The notes: generated by a model from the letters alone, not told the origin. 64,000 nt of DNA from Phoronis australis (GCA_002633005.1 NMRA01000281.1:451123-515122), one strand, 5' to 3'. Positions 25,322 to 38,958 are shown, counted from the first letter of the stretch. Numbers and translations: made by a program.

Positions 25322-27194
25322 TCTGATTACTGCAAATTTTATTGTAGTTTGATGTGATTTGTACTTGGCACAGTTATTACTGTTTTGTGGCTTAATGTGT
25401 TTGCAGAAATGCCTCTTCAAATTGAATATTCCCTGTGAATATTCTGTTTTATTTTTAACACTTTCAGATTAAAATCAATAAATTTCCACATGCCATAAGG
25501 TTGGATCTTGAATTGTAATCTGGAAGTCGTATTTTTGCTTCAAGCGTTTGAAACTTGAAGTAAACCATAGGCTTAAAACAGTTCATGGCATTTTTGTGCT
25601 TTTCAAAATTTAGCGAATTTTAAATGAATTTTGGGTCAATTAACCCCTTACTGTAGTTTTGCCAAACTCAAACCTTGCAGGGGATATTCAGCTACTGTCG
25701 TATAGTGTACCAATATGTATCATTTTAGCGCCGTAATTTCATGAAGTTTCATTTTCATTTCATTTTAATGCACTCTTTTTAAATTTCATGGAAGAATTGT
25801 TCATAGGTGATTTAAACTCTTGTTTTCATTTTGTGCACTGAACCTTACAAGAAGTTGCAGTTACTCAGTACTGTGGTTATCTTGAAAATGGACTATTTTT
25901 AACTGTGTACCCAGACTACATCTGTGAAGGAGTGATTGCTTTTGTATAGTTGCCCTCCTGTTATCTTGGCAATTTATGGTTTGATTTGCCTAGCTAACTT
26001 TTCTGTCAATAATTATCAACCTATTTTGACGTGGGCACATTCTGTCTCATATTGATGTCATATCCTGTGATTGACCTCAGGTCCACTTCACCACTGACTG
26101 GTGTGAGGGTTATATTGAGCCCAAGCTGTGGCAACTGTGGTGGGTAAGTTAATAAAGTTTACTGTGCCCATCCTGTGAATGCTCTTCCACTAAAGGCGCT
26201 CCCCATAGTTTTAAACAATTTCTCTAAAATTCCCATTTTGTTCTGATGTACTTGTTTNTCTGATTACTGCAAATTTTATTGTAGTTTGATGTGATTTGTA
26301 CTTGGCACAGTTATTACTGTTTTGTGGCTTAATGTGTTTGCAGAAATGCCTCTTCAAATTTAATATTCCCTGTGAATGTTCTGTTTTATTTTTAACACTT
26401 TCAGATTAAAATCAATAAATTTCCACATGCCATAAGGTTGGATCTTGAATTGTAATCTGGAAGTCATATTTTTGCTTCAAGCGTTTGAAACTTGAAGTAA
26501 ACCATAGGCTTAAAACAGTTCATGGCATTTTTATGCTTTTCAAAATTTAGCGAATTTTAAATGAATTTTGGGGCAATTAACCCCTTACTGTAGTTTTGCC
26601 AAACTCAAACCTTGCAGGGGATATTCAGCTACTGTCGTATAGTGTACCAATACGTATCATTGTAGCGCCGTAATTTCATGAAGTTTCATTTTCATTTCAT
26701 TTTAATGCACTCTTTTTAAATTTCATGGAAGAATTGTTCATAGGTGATTTAAACTCTTGTTTTCATTTTGTGCACTGAACCTTACAAGAAGTTGCAGTTA
26801 CTCAGTACTGTGGTTATCTTGAAAATGGACTATTTTTAACTGTGTACCCAGACTACATCTGTGAAGGAGTGATTGCTTTTGTATAGTTGCCCTCCTGTTA
26901 TCTTGGCAATTTATGGTTTGATTTGCCTAGCTAACTTTTCTGTCAATAATAATCAACCTATTTTGACGTGGGCACATTCTGTCTCATATTGATGTCATAT
27001 CCTGTGATTGACCTCAGGTCCACTTCACCACTGACTGGTGTGAGGGTTATATTGAGCCCAAGCTGTGGCAACTGTGGTGGGTAAGTTAATAAAGTTTACT
27101 GTGCCCATCCTGTGAATGCTCTTCCACTAAAGGCGCTCCCCATAGTTTTAAACAATTTCTCTAAAATTCCCATTTTGTTCTGATGTACTTGTTT
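25322..27194. repeat. Near-identical 936-bp tandem duplication around a single N (probable haplotype/contig overlap)
   Basis: 25322-26257 matches 26259-27194 with a few substitutions; N at 26258. Confidence 0.9.
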
Positions 27195-27283
27195 TGACAG
27201 GAGCACATTGAAATTAAGTAAGTGGATGGAAACACAAACATTCAACCAGTGTATGCTGTCTCAATCCTATGCTTATAACTCAG

Positions 27284-27539
27284 GGGTCCGTTCCAAGAAA
27301 ACTGACTTAGCTAAGTCAAATCTTAAGTTTTAAGTCAATTTTAAAATGAAACTTCAATTTGTCTTACTAGTCAAGTCCATTCCAAGAAAGTGATCTTAAG
27401 TTTGATATAAGTTTTTGACTTAAGTTTTGTGTTAAGTTTGGCTTACTTAACGGATGTGGAAGTTTCAAAGTTTAGATATTGAGACAAATCTTAGACTTAA
27501 GTAAAAAATGAACTTAAGTCAGTTTCTTGGAGCAGGGCC
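27284..27539. mobile_element. Harbinger-like MITE with CAG target duplication
   Basis: Termini GGGTCCGTTCCAAGAAAACTGACTTA...TAAGTCAGTTTCTTGGAGCAGGGCC with CAG on both flanks; inverted copy at about 48090-48327. Confidence 0.72.
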
Positions 27540-28137
27540 CAGAAATTTAAGTCCAGTTTTAATTGATGTCATTTTGTTCTTGAGACAAGTTTCACACAAA
27601 GAATAAATTAGTTCATGCTTTCGCAACTGGTTTTATGAGCTCTTGTTAGTAACCTGAAGTATCTATGATGATTCCTTTTTGAGATTACGGCCTGCAATGG
27701 TCACTTGTTTAGAGAGTGAACTACAAAAAGGGAATCAATCTGTAGGGAGCTTGCTTGAAAAAGTAACAATTTAGTTGGATTTTACAGCCAGAGTCACCAC
27801 AATTTGTAGACATTAATTCCGTAAACTTTATACTTTCATAGGATTTTTTACCTAGTATGACTAACACAGTACAAGAAGAGGTGCTATGTCGTCAAAATTA
27901 AGTATGTTTTTTTTTGCCACAGAAGTGTTCAAATATTAGACAATGTTGAAAACCCTCCAGTAAATTTGGAAAAGGAACCTTTTGTAGAATTTTAATCTGA
28001 ATTTTTGGTTGGAAAGTCACCCTTTCGTATGGAACTTTGTCAGAAATACAACTTTTTGTAGGAACACTGGTCATGAAAAAGTCACTCTTCTGAGTGGGAT
28101 GTCCTTTTTCCTTTTCCATGGAATTAACCCTTGGGAG

Positions 28138-28630
28138 CAGGCCTTTATCCAGGATTTTGAAATTAGGGTGTCCAAAATGGGGTTCCTAATATTCCAGGGC
28201 GTCCATGATTCCGACACGTAACCCCCCACCCCAGCAATACCCCCAAACACACAGATTATTTTACAAAAAATGCATAGATCAAGGTTTTTACATCTAAGTT
28301 TATAAACAGCCTTCTATGGTGAGCATTTTTACTAAAAAAAACTGTGTAGACCAAGACTTTTACAATGCTGTCAATCAAGTGTCAAAATAGCAACTACAAT
28401 GCATATACTTTGTATACGCATTGTGTATTTCTTCCTGCTTTGAAAAAAGAGCCCCCACTGTGAGCCTTCAGAGGCTTCCTAGTATTCATTACAATGTGTG
28501 AGTCCAAATTTGAAAGGTTCCTATTGACAGTGGGCGTCCAAATGATACATTGGGCATCCTTGCCAGGGCCTCCAAATTAGTGCTAGGGCGTCCATTTGGA
28601 CGCCCAGGACATACGCTGCATAAAGGCCTG
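28138..28630. mobile_element. hAT-like MITE
   Basis: TIR CAGGCCTTTATCCAG versus revcomp CAGGCCTTTATGCAG; 8-bp flanks CTTGGGAG and CTTGGAAG (7/8). Confidence 0.78.
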
Positions 28631-29744
28631 CTTGGAAGCATGTTGCTGCAAACCTCTCCAATGGGAGATCCCCTGGAGTTAAAATAGTTTTATCTGACGA
28701 GCCGTCTGGTGTTCAGGTGTGAACCACCTTGTGAAACATTGACTTCTTTCATAATACAACTCCACAGAGCCTGTTTGTGGAATTCCATGGTTGAGATGGT
28801 TACCAGTGTGTGATTATTCCGCACACACTGGTGGTAAATTTAGAGCCCTTCACTATTGTTTTACTGTGCTCAGTTTATTTGGACAGTCAGGGTTGTTGGT
28901 TTCTTCTGAGATGAATGTTAACCAGGTCTCAAATACTTTCTGTGTTACTTGTAATCATGGTTGGAGACATCCACAATATCTTACAAGTCACAAGTATGAT
29001 TTTAAGGTTTTACATTATTTTTCTTCATAAATTCAAAATCAAGCCGAAAATGACTTCCGGTTTGAANATATACTTAGTATACGCATTGTATATTTCTTCC
29101 TGCTTTGAAAAAAGAGCCCCCACTGTGAGCCTTCAGTGGCTTCCTAGTATTCATTACAATGTGTGAGTCCAAATTTGAAAGGTTCCTATTGACAGTGGGC
29201 GTCCAAATGATACATTGGGCATCCTTGCCAGGGCCTCCAAATTACCGGTAGTCCTAGGGCGTCCATTTGGACGCCCAGGACATACGCTGCATAAAGGCCT
29301 GCTTGGAGGCAGGTTGCTGCAAACCTCTCCAATGGGAGATCCCCTGGAGTTAAAATAGTTTTATCTGACGAGATGCTGTCCGTCTGGTGTTCAGGTGTGA
29401 ACCACCTTGTGAAACATTGACTTCTTTCATAATACAACTCCACAGAGCCTGTTTGTGGAATTCCATGGTTGAGATGGTTACCAGTGTGTGATTATTCCGC
29501 ACACACTGGTGGTAAATTTAGAGCCCTTCACTATTGTTTTACTGTGCTCAGTTTATTTGGACAGTCAGGGTTGTTGGTTTCTTCTGAGATGAATGTTAAC
29601 CAGGTCTCAAATACTTTCTGTGTTACTTGTAATCATGGTTGGAGACATCCACAATATCTTACAAGTCACAAGTATGATTTTAAGGTTTTACATTATTTTT
29701 CTTCATAAATTCAAAATCAAGCCGAAAATGACTTCCGGTTTGAA
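28403..29744. repeat. Near-identical tandem duplication of about 670 bp around a single N
   Basis: 28403-29066 matches 29068-29744 with small indels; N at 29067. Confidence 0.9.
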
Positions 29745-30542
29745 AGTAATAAGTTGTACTGTTTCAATAAAAACAACTCAGTTATGCAATTGGTCAGCAG
29801 GATACATGAGCTCAAAATCTACTGAGCTAGGTTAAGCCTGAGTATCCTTTGTGCATAAATGTTGATAGTTCTCTTTCTAAAATTTGGGAGCTTTGAAGTT
29901 TTCATCCATGGCAGGCTTGGTAGTGATATCTTTGATGAGACGTCCACCACACATTTCAGACAGGCCACAGACTTCATTCGTGTATAGGCTGAGCTTAGCT
30001 TGTTGAGCTTGTGTAGCTTACTAGTAACTAACAGTGGTACGGTATGCATTCCACCTGTCTGAATATTACTAAGGTCAAATTCCTCATAAATCTGATTTAA
30101 AAGAATATGTTGGAAAATTCCTGAATTGATATACTTAAGGTAATTGTGTTAGTTAGTCTAAGTATTGAGGATCTTAAATTGCTAGCAGCAGTTCTAGTTA
30201 AAGTTCAGTTTTAGACAAACTGAACTTAATACTTGGAAATTATTGAAAAATGGTGCTCGATGCTTAGCTTAACACCACTTGGGCAGTTGCGACTTAGCGA
30301 ATATCCCCAGTCACCAAATGATAACTGCGGTCGGAGGTCCTCAAAGAAACATCATCCTGCTGTTACCATATTATTAAAAATTACACATACCTGTTCCATT
30401 TCTTCCGTAAATATACAATGTGCTGGGAATTGCCGTACACATTACCCTTACGCCATACATGGTTGCGTCAGACAATACAAGGCTGCTATTTTTTCCCTTA
30501 TTCAACAGGAGTTCATAATTTATTCATATATGTTCCCAGTTG

Positions 30543-30661
30543 TTGGGGTCTGCTAGTGCTTGGTGCCTGCTTATTAGTGCTTGGGGTCTGCTTATTAGTG
30601 CTTGGGGCCTGCTTATTACTTCTTGGGCCTGCTTATTAGTGCTTGGGGCCAGCTTATTAGT
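30543..30661. repeat. 21-bp minisatellite (GGGGCCTGCTTATTAGTGCTT), about 5.5 copies
   Basis: Visible periodicity; same unit as 43632-44042. Confidence 0.9.
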
Positions 30662-31547
30662 TACATATACCTGGTACATTTCTTCGGTAAATATACACCA
30701 TTTGCTGAGAACTGCCATCCGCATTACCCTTATGCAACACATCGCCAAGTCAGACAATACAAGGCTGCCGTTTTTTCTATCATTCAACATGTCCCTGATG
30801 TCTATTCTCCGATTATTTAAAAAATGCGTACATGAGCATCACAATAAAAATGCACCATGTCACATAAACATGCTTGGATTTTTCCTCATTCTGTCTCAGG
30901 GCATTGCAAACTGCAAATTATGGTTTCAGTGTTTAGCCATGTCTTTAGTAAAAACAACCAAAAAAGTTAGAGGTTGTTATTTAATTGGTTCAATTCAATA
31001 GTTTGAGGTTTCCACAATATTTTTCTTAGAAACATAGCTTTGAGGAAATGTCAGCCTTGTTCCTATTATGTGTGACCCTAAGGAAATATTGTGTAATATT
31101 GTGTATTGGCTTCCCACAGTGCCTGGCTGATGCTGGAATGACAGCATCATAAAATTGGACTGGTGTATTTGGAATATGAATTATCCCACTTTCCTGTTAG
31201 GGGAACTTCAAAGTTCACTGAAACTTCACTTACCGTTCTCACTTGACAGCAATGTCGAAGTAATCGCTAGATGACGATTCAGTCATTGGAGTAGCCCAGA
31301 TGGCTTTTAGAGTTCATTCGTACTCTCAAACGAATATGGGCATGTTCACCCTAAGGGGTACAAAAGTGTGACATCAGTGCATGAAATTAAAATTCAAGCT
31401 GGTAGGAAAAGACATGGTTAGTTGTTGCTAACCTGCTATATTTTCAGTAAATATAAGTGAGAACATAGTTGGAATTATGAGAATATGAGAAAATTTATGT
31501 TTTTCACGAAGTATGTTGTGATAATGGCTGTGATGTTGACATTTTAA

Positions 31548-32436
31548 AGGCGACCCTTTTTTCATGTCATTTTTAGCAAAAATAAGGTTTGTTGGTTATC
31601 CCAGACATATTTTCCACTTAATTACAGATTTTCGTAATTTAATTAATTACTCGTTCTCTACTTCGGAAGTGACGTTTTGGAAGACAAGAATTTCGCGCCA
31701 ATTTCTTTTCATAGCATAGTCTGATTGTGAAAGCTGTCGAGTCAGTCATTGATCTATCACAGTTGTGTTAAGTTCGGTCATCGTTTGTTTTTAGTTACGA
31801 GTCAGCCAACATGCCACACTGTTGCTGCGTACCGGGATGTAGTCATTATGACCCAAAGCTTGTAAGCAGCCCTCAGCTGTGATGTTGAGTAGTGGGAGTG
31901 AATACAGGCCCAGTGAAGAGTACAGTTTGTCGTTCAATGCACAGATCGGTGACTGAAACTTTGATAAGTTTATTGTGAACTTGTCTAAAGTTATGGAGCT
32001 ATTTAAAAGGTGTCAAGAAGGTGTGTGGCGAGGGAGTCACACGGCGGGGTGTAAGTAGTTTGTGTGCTCAGGTCACTATCCAGTGAGAGTGTGTCGCGGG
32101 ACACTTGGGCAAGTGGGACAGTTGTTCCTCTGTCCATGAGTACATCACGGTACGCAGCAACAGTGTGGCATGTTGACTGATTCGTAAACGAAAGCAAACA
32201 ACGACCGAACTTATCACAACCGAGATAGAAAAAGGACTGACTTGGCAGCTCTCACAGTCGGACTATATGAAAAGAAATTGGCGCGAAATTCTTGCCTCCC
32301 AAAACTTCACTTCCAGAGTAGAGAACGAATAATTAATTAAATTACAAAAAGCTATTATTAAGTAGAATACATGTCTGGGATAGCCGACAAACCTTATTTT
32401 TGCTAAAAAAGACATGGAAAAAGGTTGCCTTTGCCT
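31548..32436. mobile_element. Kolobok-like fold-back element with roughly 290-bp inverted arms
   Basis: TTAA|AGGCGACC...GGTTGCCT(TTGCCT)|TTAA; 31548-31841 is the diverged reverse complement of about 32141-32430. Confidence 0.82.
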
Positions 32437-34122
32437 TTAATCCATACAATAAGACTATATAAATGTGTTTCAGAAATAAAATTGTGCAGAAGTAAAAGTA
32501 GTTCAATTAATATATCAATTTTTACTACAAAAATTAAAAAATATAAATGCAGAGTATGATTACGACTGTGATGCCGAAAATGGACATTTAAAGTTTGCGT
32601 AATTGTCATCAAAACTTTAATTTTCTAAAAACACTAAGTACAACATTCATATTACAATGAAGTTTCGGTGTTAGTACCGAAGCTTTGCTTTTAAATCTCA
32701 GTATTTTAAGCGAAGTTTCGCTTGTAGTTTAATTGGGGGATTTAACCTTTCCCAACTACCGAAACTTCGGTAAAAGTTTCGCCTCTAATGGGAAAGTACC
32801 TTTAGGTTAACTCTCCACAAATTTCACACAAAAATACTTGCCATAATTTTCATTTTCACACTTTCTTCGATTCAATTAGGCTGATTATCAAGCTGCAGGC
32901 GATGGAAACTTAAACCAGATGTTGTTTTAAGACATCTACCTGTAGTCTTAACTTTTCTTAATCTTTATTTTTGTGTGTAAATTTGACCAAATAGAGAATT
33001 TCACTTGTTGGCCATATTGTGTGCTAAAGCGAAGAAGTTACCGTATGTTCATGTGAACAGTACTGAACAATGGTACTGTGTTGTACCAGTGGCCGCATAA
33101 GCTGAGTTTGGCTTAGTTTGGCAAAATCTCATCAATTTTGGACATGTTACATAATTCCCAAATTTCCTTCATTTTGCAAATCTGTAACATTGTTGTGAAT
33201 GTCCATAATTTTTCAAAATATTTTATTTTTTTCATGGTAGTTGCAAGCTTTTGTACAGAACTTGAATTTGTAAAAACACTATTTCGTTGCTATGGAAAGT
33301 CAGAGACAGAGACAATAAGAGTACACATGTCTGCCATATAGTGTCCCGAATGACTGCGATTTTACGGTAATTATATTTCCACTCAAGCACAACACTGGAG
33401 ATGTACTGACACGCTTCTTGAAAATTTGCCTGGTAAATTGTCTTGGAAGTTGGTAATCTCTTTGATGTACTTTATGCATTTCTGTCATTCTTAAGTGAGT
33501 GATTGTTTGTGTCATACTTCATAGGTATTTCAAAAGTGAGTAAAATTATTAAGCGAGGAGGATTCGTTGTTAAAAACATTCAAGTCATTCAAGTTAGTTG
33601 TGACACTTTGTTGCAAAACTTAAGCTTTAAAGACTATTACCGTAAGTGACTTAAATTTTTTGAAAGGTGGAAAGTTTATTGCAACTTAAGAGACTTAATG
33701 ACATTCTTTGATGCATTTGTATTAAATTTCATTTGGGACACAATATGGAGAGAGAGATTTCATCTTGTCAAATTTCTCATCAAAAATAACTTCAGAAAAT
33801 CTTCTTACTCTTGTGGCTTCAGTTTGTACAGTTTAGCAGAAATGTTTGGTAAAATTGCTAATGAGAAGCAAATTAGCCACCTTTGGAAAATAGCAAAATA
33901 GCAACTATCGCAATTCTTCTCATCCCAAATTAAGAAATTTTCACCCCACTTAACCATCTTTAAAATTTGGCTATTTTTATCATAGGTTAGTCATGGCTGT
34001 AATACCTTAGCCTACAGTAGAATGTTATCAGGAGTGGTGTATTGTGATGACTCACTGTTAACTGGCTCATAAAGTGATTTACAGTAAAATCGAACAATAA
34101 TGATGGCCAAAATTTTCATTTT

Positions 34123-35700
34123 TACTTGGCGAAATAAATTTCGCCAAGTATGTTGCTCTGACACTAAGTTTTTTTTTTTGTTTGTTCGCACGATACAGGT
34201 CGCAATTTTCATCCGATCATCACGAAATTTCAGGAGTGGTGTATTGTGATGACTCACTGTTAACTGGCTCATAAAGTGATTTACAGTAAAATCGAACAAT
34301 AATGATGGCCAAAATTTTCATTTTTACTTGGCGAAATAAATTTCGCCAAGTATGTTGCTCTGACACTAAGTTTGTTTTTACTTGTTTTTTTTTGTTTGTT
34401 CGCACGATACAGGTCGCAATTTTCATCCGATCATCACGAAATTTACACATAACAGGTAGTTCCGGAAGTACTGGAAGCCTATTGTTTTCCAAGATGGCGG
34501 CTGTGGCGGCCATTTTGTTTTCATTTCAAGATTCAAAGGCTTCTGAAGGCTACAATTTTTTATGTACAGAGCTGAAAATCGGCACAATAAATGGAACGGA
34601 TGTGCACTACATGTATACCGGAAATTGTTTACTTCCGGTTAGAGATGGCGGATATATCAGTGATCGCGCATGCGCACCTCGATTTTGGCCTAATAACGTT
34701 TTCTCCTGTACAGGGCGCATTATGGGGCCAATTCCTTCGAAGTTTTACGGATATTAGTTTTTTATGACATGCTATTATATCAACCCCAAAAACCAGAAGT
34801 TGCTCTCAAGATGGCGGATCTGGCGTATGTTGACCCATTTTCAGTCGTGCTGGAATGCGATTTTAAACGGGAAAAGAAAAAGACGTGATTTTTTGCATGT
34901 GGATTCTTTGAAGTATATTCTTTCAAATGGACTGTAACAATTTTTTTCTCAGACTTACCGTTTTCAAGTTATTTGAGATTGAAATTCTTAAAAAAAACGC
35001 AAAATTTCATTTTTTTCGAAAAATTTACGTAATTAGGCGATACCATCAGTTTAGATAGAGCTTTGAACGGGCTTTCAGAAGATGCTTTCCATTTTTCTCT
35101 ACGACGTNGCCATTTTGTTTTCATTTTAAGATTCAAAGGCTTCTGGAGGCTACAATTTTTTACGTACAAAGCTGAAAATCAGCAAAATGAATGGCCCGGA
35201 TGTGCATTACATATATGCCGGAAATTGTTTACTTCCGGTTAAAGATGGCGGAAATATCGCACCTCGATTTTGGCCTAATAACGTTTTCTCCTGTACAGGG
35301 CGCATTATGGGGCCAATTCCTTCAAAGTTTTACGGATATTAGTTTTTTATGACATGCTATTATATCAACCCAAAAAACCGGAAGTTGCTCTCAAGATGGC
35401 GGATCTGGCGCATGTTGACCCATTTTCAGTCGTGCTGGAGTGCGATTTTAAATGAGAAAAGAAAAAGACGTGATTTTTTGCGTGTGGATTCTTTGAAGTA
35501 TATTCTTTCAAATGGACTATAACAATTTTTTTCTCAGACTTACCGTTTTGGAGTTATTTGAGATTGAAATTCTTTTTGGAAAAATTTACGGAATTAGGTG
35601 ATACCATCAGTTTAGATAGAGCTTTGAACGGGCTTTCAGAAGATGCTTTCCATTTTTCTCTACGACGTCTACTTTTCGAGTTATTTGAGACTTTGTGATA
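34123..35700. mobile_element. Interspersed repeat with terminal stem-loop and internal tandem units, possibly Helentron-associated (DINE/HINE-like)
   Basis: 13-bp stem TACTTGGCGAAAT-AA-ATTTCGCCAAGTA at 34123 and again at 34325; AAATTTGGCACA/CAAGATGGCGG-type modules; related modules at 36735-37290 and 61830-62280. The family assignment is inference only. Confidence 0.4.
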
Positions 35701-37701
35701 ACGCTGCTCCGTTTTTGAGCTCTCTTGCTGCATTCAGGTTGGTTTAGCTTCTATTGAACTAGACTGTAGCCTATTTCTTAATGATTTATGACATCTAANA
35801 TAGGTCTTCAGGTGTATACTTTGTGTTACTTCGTGACTATGAAGGAAAAGTTCCAAGTAGAAATTTGTTTCTGGCGTTCTAATGCTGTGCAAATCTCGTA
35901 TGTTGGTAAATTTGTTTTTAATTCTATGTTTCTGTGGTGCTTTAAGCAACTGATGTATAGGATGTATATTATGAAGATCACTCACGTTTTGCCCCTAGCC
36001 TATTGAGGAGACAATGACCATGCCTTTCCATTTAGCAAAGTACAACATACTACATATATGCCCTCTACTGGCCACTTTACGGTACCAATAAACAACCCTA
36101 GAAGGATACCGTATACGGTGCAATTGTGGGCGCATTTCAACGCTCTGCGTTGCTCTTGTACTAGATAGTTTATAAAGTTAACCCCCTTATAATGAAGTTA
36201 GCCCCCACCTGTAATAGATCTGACTGGCTCACTATAGTGATTTACTCATTTGCAATTATGGTCCCTGGAGCTAAGAAAAGTAAAAAAGATGAAACATGAA
36301 ATAGAAACTTTATTCAGTGTTATGCCCCGTCAACCCCCCCCTCCCCCTTTGCACCCTGCACACTGCCACTGATTTTCTGGATATTTCATAAAGCAAGACC
36401 CTACCAGGCATGGTAGTCACACTATAGTGATTAATTTACCTTTTGTTTCATGAAGCAAGCCCCTACCAGGCAATTGGTAGTTAACCACCCCCTTTTATAC
36501 ACCAGGCTGGCACGCTTTTATGTAATAATTGATCAGGTAGTTCATAGAGTTTAAAGCCTAACTTCAACAGAATTTTGTTGTTTTAGATGTATTGGGCTAA
36601 CCAGATAGTCCTAGCAAAGCCGTAGTAAAATAAGAACATGCGAGTTCAATCACGTAATTGTAAAACCGTCAAATGATAAGTGAAGCTGCCTTTTCCTGCC
36701 ATGTTGCCTCACTGTGAGATCCCAGCACACACANATACGTTCATGAAATTTGGCACATATGTTCCATTCATGAATGGGACGGCATGTGCGAAATTTCAGA
36801 AGGATCCGACTACCGGTGTGCCCCCTAGTGGCAATTTTAGTTTTTTACGCTTACCTTTGTATCTTCAAAAGTCCTGAACGGATTTTCATGAAATTTGGTA
36901 TGTAGGCCCCTATTAGTGAGATGACGCTATCCTCCCGCTTTCAGATGGATTTGACATAGTTTGCGCCACCTAGTGGCCATTTTTAGTGTTTTCGAGTCTG
37001 TTTTTGTGCGTCCACCCCTCTATCAACCAAACCGCTCAAAGGATGATTGTGAAAATTGGCATGTATGTTCTTACTATGAAGAGGACGGTTGACACTGAAT
37101 TTCCCATGACTTTGATTACTATAGCACCTCCTAGTAGCAGTTTTTTTTGCGCCCATGGCTGTATCTCCCAAACCGTTTGCAGGATCTTAACTAAATTTAG
37201 CAAGTGTATTTATGTGAGGTTGACAACGGACGATGACGACTTTAGGATGATTCTGACTACCGGTATGCCTCTAGTGGCAATTTAAGTACTTTACATTGAC
37301 CTCTGTATTTTCATAGGTCTTCAGGTGTATACTTTTTGTTAATTCGTGACTATGAAGGAAAAGTTCCAAGTAGAAATTTGTTTCTGGCATTCTAATGCTG
37401 TGCAAATCTCGTATGTTGGTAAATTTGTTTTTAATTCTATGTTTCTGTGGTGCTTTAAGCAACTGATGTATAGGATGTGCTTGTATTATGAAGATCACTG
37501 ACATTTTGCCCCTAGCCTATTGAGGAGACAATGACCATGCCTTTCCATTTTGCAAAGTACAACATACTACATATATGCCCTCTACTGGCCACTTTATGGT
37601 ACCAATAAACAACCCTAGAAGGATACCGTATACGGTGCAATTGTGGTCGCATTTCAACGCTCTGCGTTGCTCTTGTACTAGATAGTTTATAAAGTTAACC
37701 C

Positions 37702-38254
37702 NNNNNNNNNNNNNNNNNNNNNNNNNNNNNNNNNNNNNNNNNNNNNNNNNNNNNNNNNNNNNNNNNNNNNNNNNNNNNNNNNNNNNNNNNNNNNNNNNNN
37801 NNNNNNNNNNNNNNNNNNNNNNNNNNNNNNNNNNNNNNNNNNNNNNNNNNNNNNNNNNNNNNNNNNNNNNNNNNNNNNNNNNNNNNNNNNNNNNNNNNNN
37901 NNNNNNNNNNNNNNNNNNNNNNNNNNNNNNNNNNNNNNNNNNNNNNNNNNNNNNNNNNNNNNNNNNNNNNNNNNNNNNNNNNNNNNNNNNNNNNNNNNNN
38001 NNNNNNNNNNNNNNNNNNNNNNNNNNNNNNNNNNNNNNNNNNNNNNNNNNNNNNNNNNNNNNNNNNNNNNNNNNNNNNNNNNNNNNNNNNNNNNNNNNNN
38101 NNNNNNNNNNNNNNNNNNNNNNNNNNNNNNNNNNNNNNNNNNNNNNNNNNNNNNNNNNNNNNNNNNNNNNNNNNNNNNNNNNNNNNNNNNNNNNNNNNNN
38201 NNNNNNNNNNNNNNNNNNNNNNNNNNNNNNNNNNNNNNNNNNNNNNNNNNNNNN
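37702..38254. other. Assembly gap (N run)
   Basis: Run of N next to a 62-bp tandem array and duplicated flanks. Confidence 0.99.
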
Positions 38255-38470
38255 TTGTTTCATGAAGCAAGCCCCTACCAGGCATGGTAGTCACACTAGA
38301 GTGATTAATTTACCTTTTGTTTCATGAAGCAAGCCCCTACCAGGCATGGTAGTCACACTATAGTGATTAATTTACCTTTTGTTTCATGAAGCAAGCGCCT
38401 ACCAGGCATGGTAGTCACACTAGAGTGATTAATTTACCTTTTGTTTCATGAAGCAAGCCCCTACCAGGCA
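38255..38470. repeat. 62-bp tandem repeat (about 3.5 copies; shorter array at about 36385-36480)
   Basis: Unit TTGTTTCATGAAGCAAGCCCCTACCAGGCATGGTAGTCACACTAGAGTGATTAATTTACCTT. Confidence 0.92.
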
Positions 38471-38552
38471 ATTGGTAGTTAACCACCCCCTTTTATACAC
38501 CAGGCTGGCACACTTTTATGTAATAATTGATCAGGTAGTTCATAGAGTTTAA

Positions 38553-38958
38553 AGCCTAACTTCAACAGAATTTTGTTGTTTTAGATGTATTGGGCTAACC
38601 AGATAGTCCTAGCAAAGCTGTAGTAAAATAAGAAAATGCGAGTTCAATCACGCAATTGTAAGCCCGTCAAATGATAAGTGAAGCTGCCTTTTCCTGCCAT
38701 GTTGCCTCACTGTGAGATCCCAGCACACACAATAAAAGGTTGTATTGAATAGGGATCTGAATAGAACACCACTGGGTGCTGGTGTTATTCCCAGCTGTTT
38801 GAATTAAAAGGTGACTCCCTGGGTGACATAGACAAAAGCAACCTAATATGCCTAACAGTTTCCTACATTTGGCAATTTATGGCATTAGTGGGCTCAGAGT
38901 GATGCTCCTAACATGCTGTAGGAACACAATGTACAGGTGTTACCGTTGAAGACAGGCT
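38553..38958. mobile_element. Kolobok-like non-autonomous element, family D, full length
   Basis: TTAA|AGCCTAACTTCAACAG...CCGTTGAAGACAGGCT|TTGA. Confidence 0.75.

Noticed and set aside
28791-29835. Duplicated small ORFs suggesting a tandem gene pair
   Set aside because: They come from the N-centred duplication and show no protein features.
30540-31001. 153-aa ORF with LLISAWG repeats resembling a membrane protein
   Set aside because: The open frame comes from a 21-bp minisatellite; no domain or splice support.
34012-34757. ORFs of 95-151 aa on both strands
   Set aside because: They lie within a duplicated non-coding interspersed repeat and have no recognisable domain.
37517-38294. Longest ORFs in the track (248 and 199 aa)
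   Set aside because: They are read-through of the N gap.
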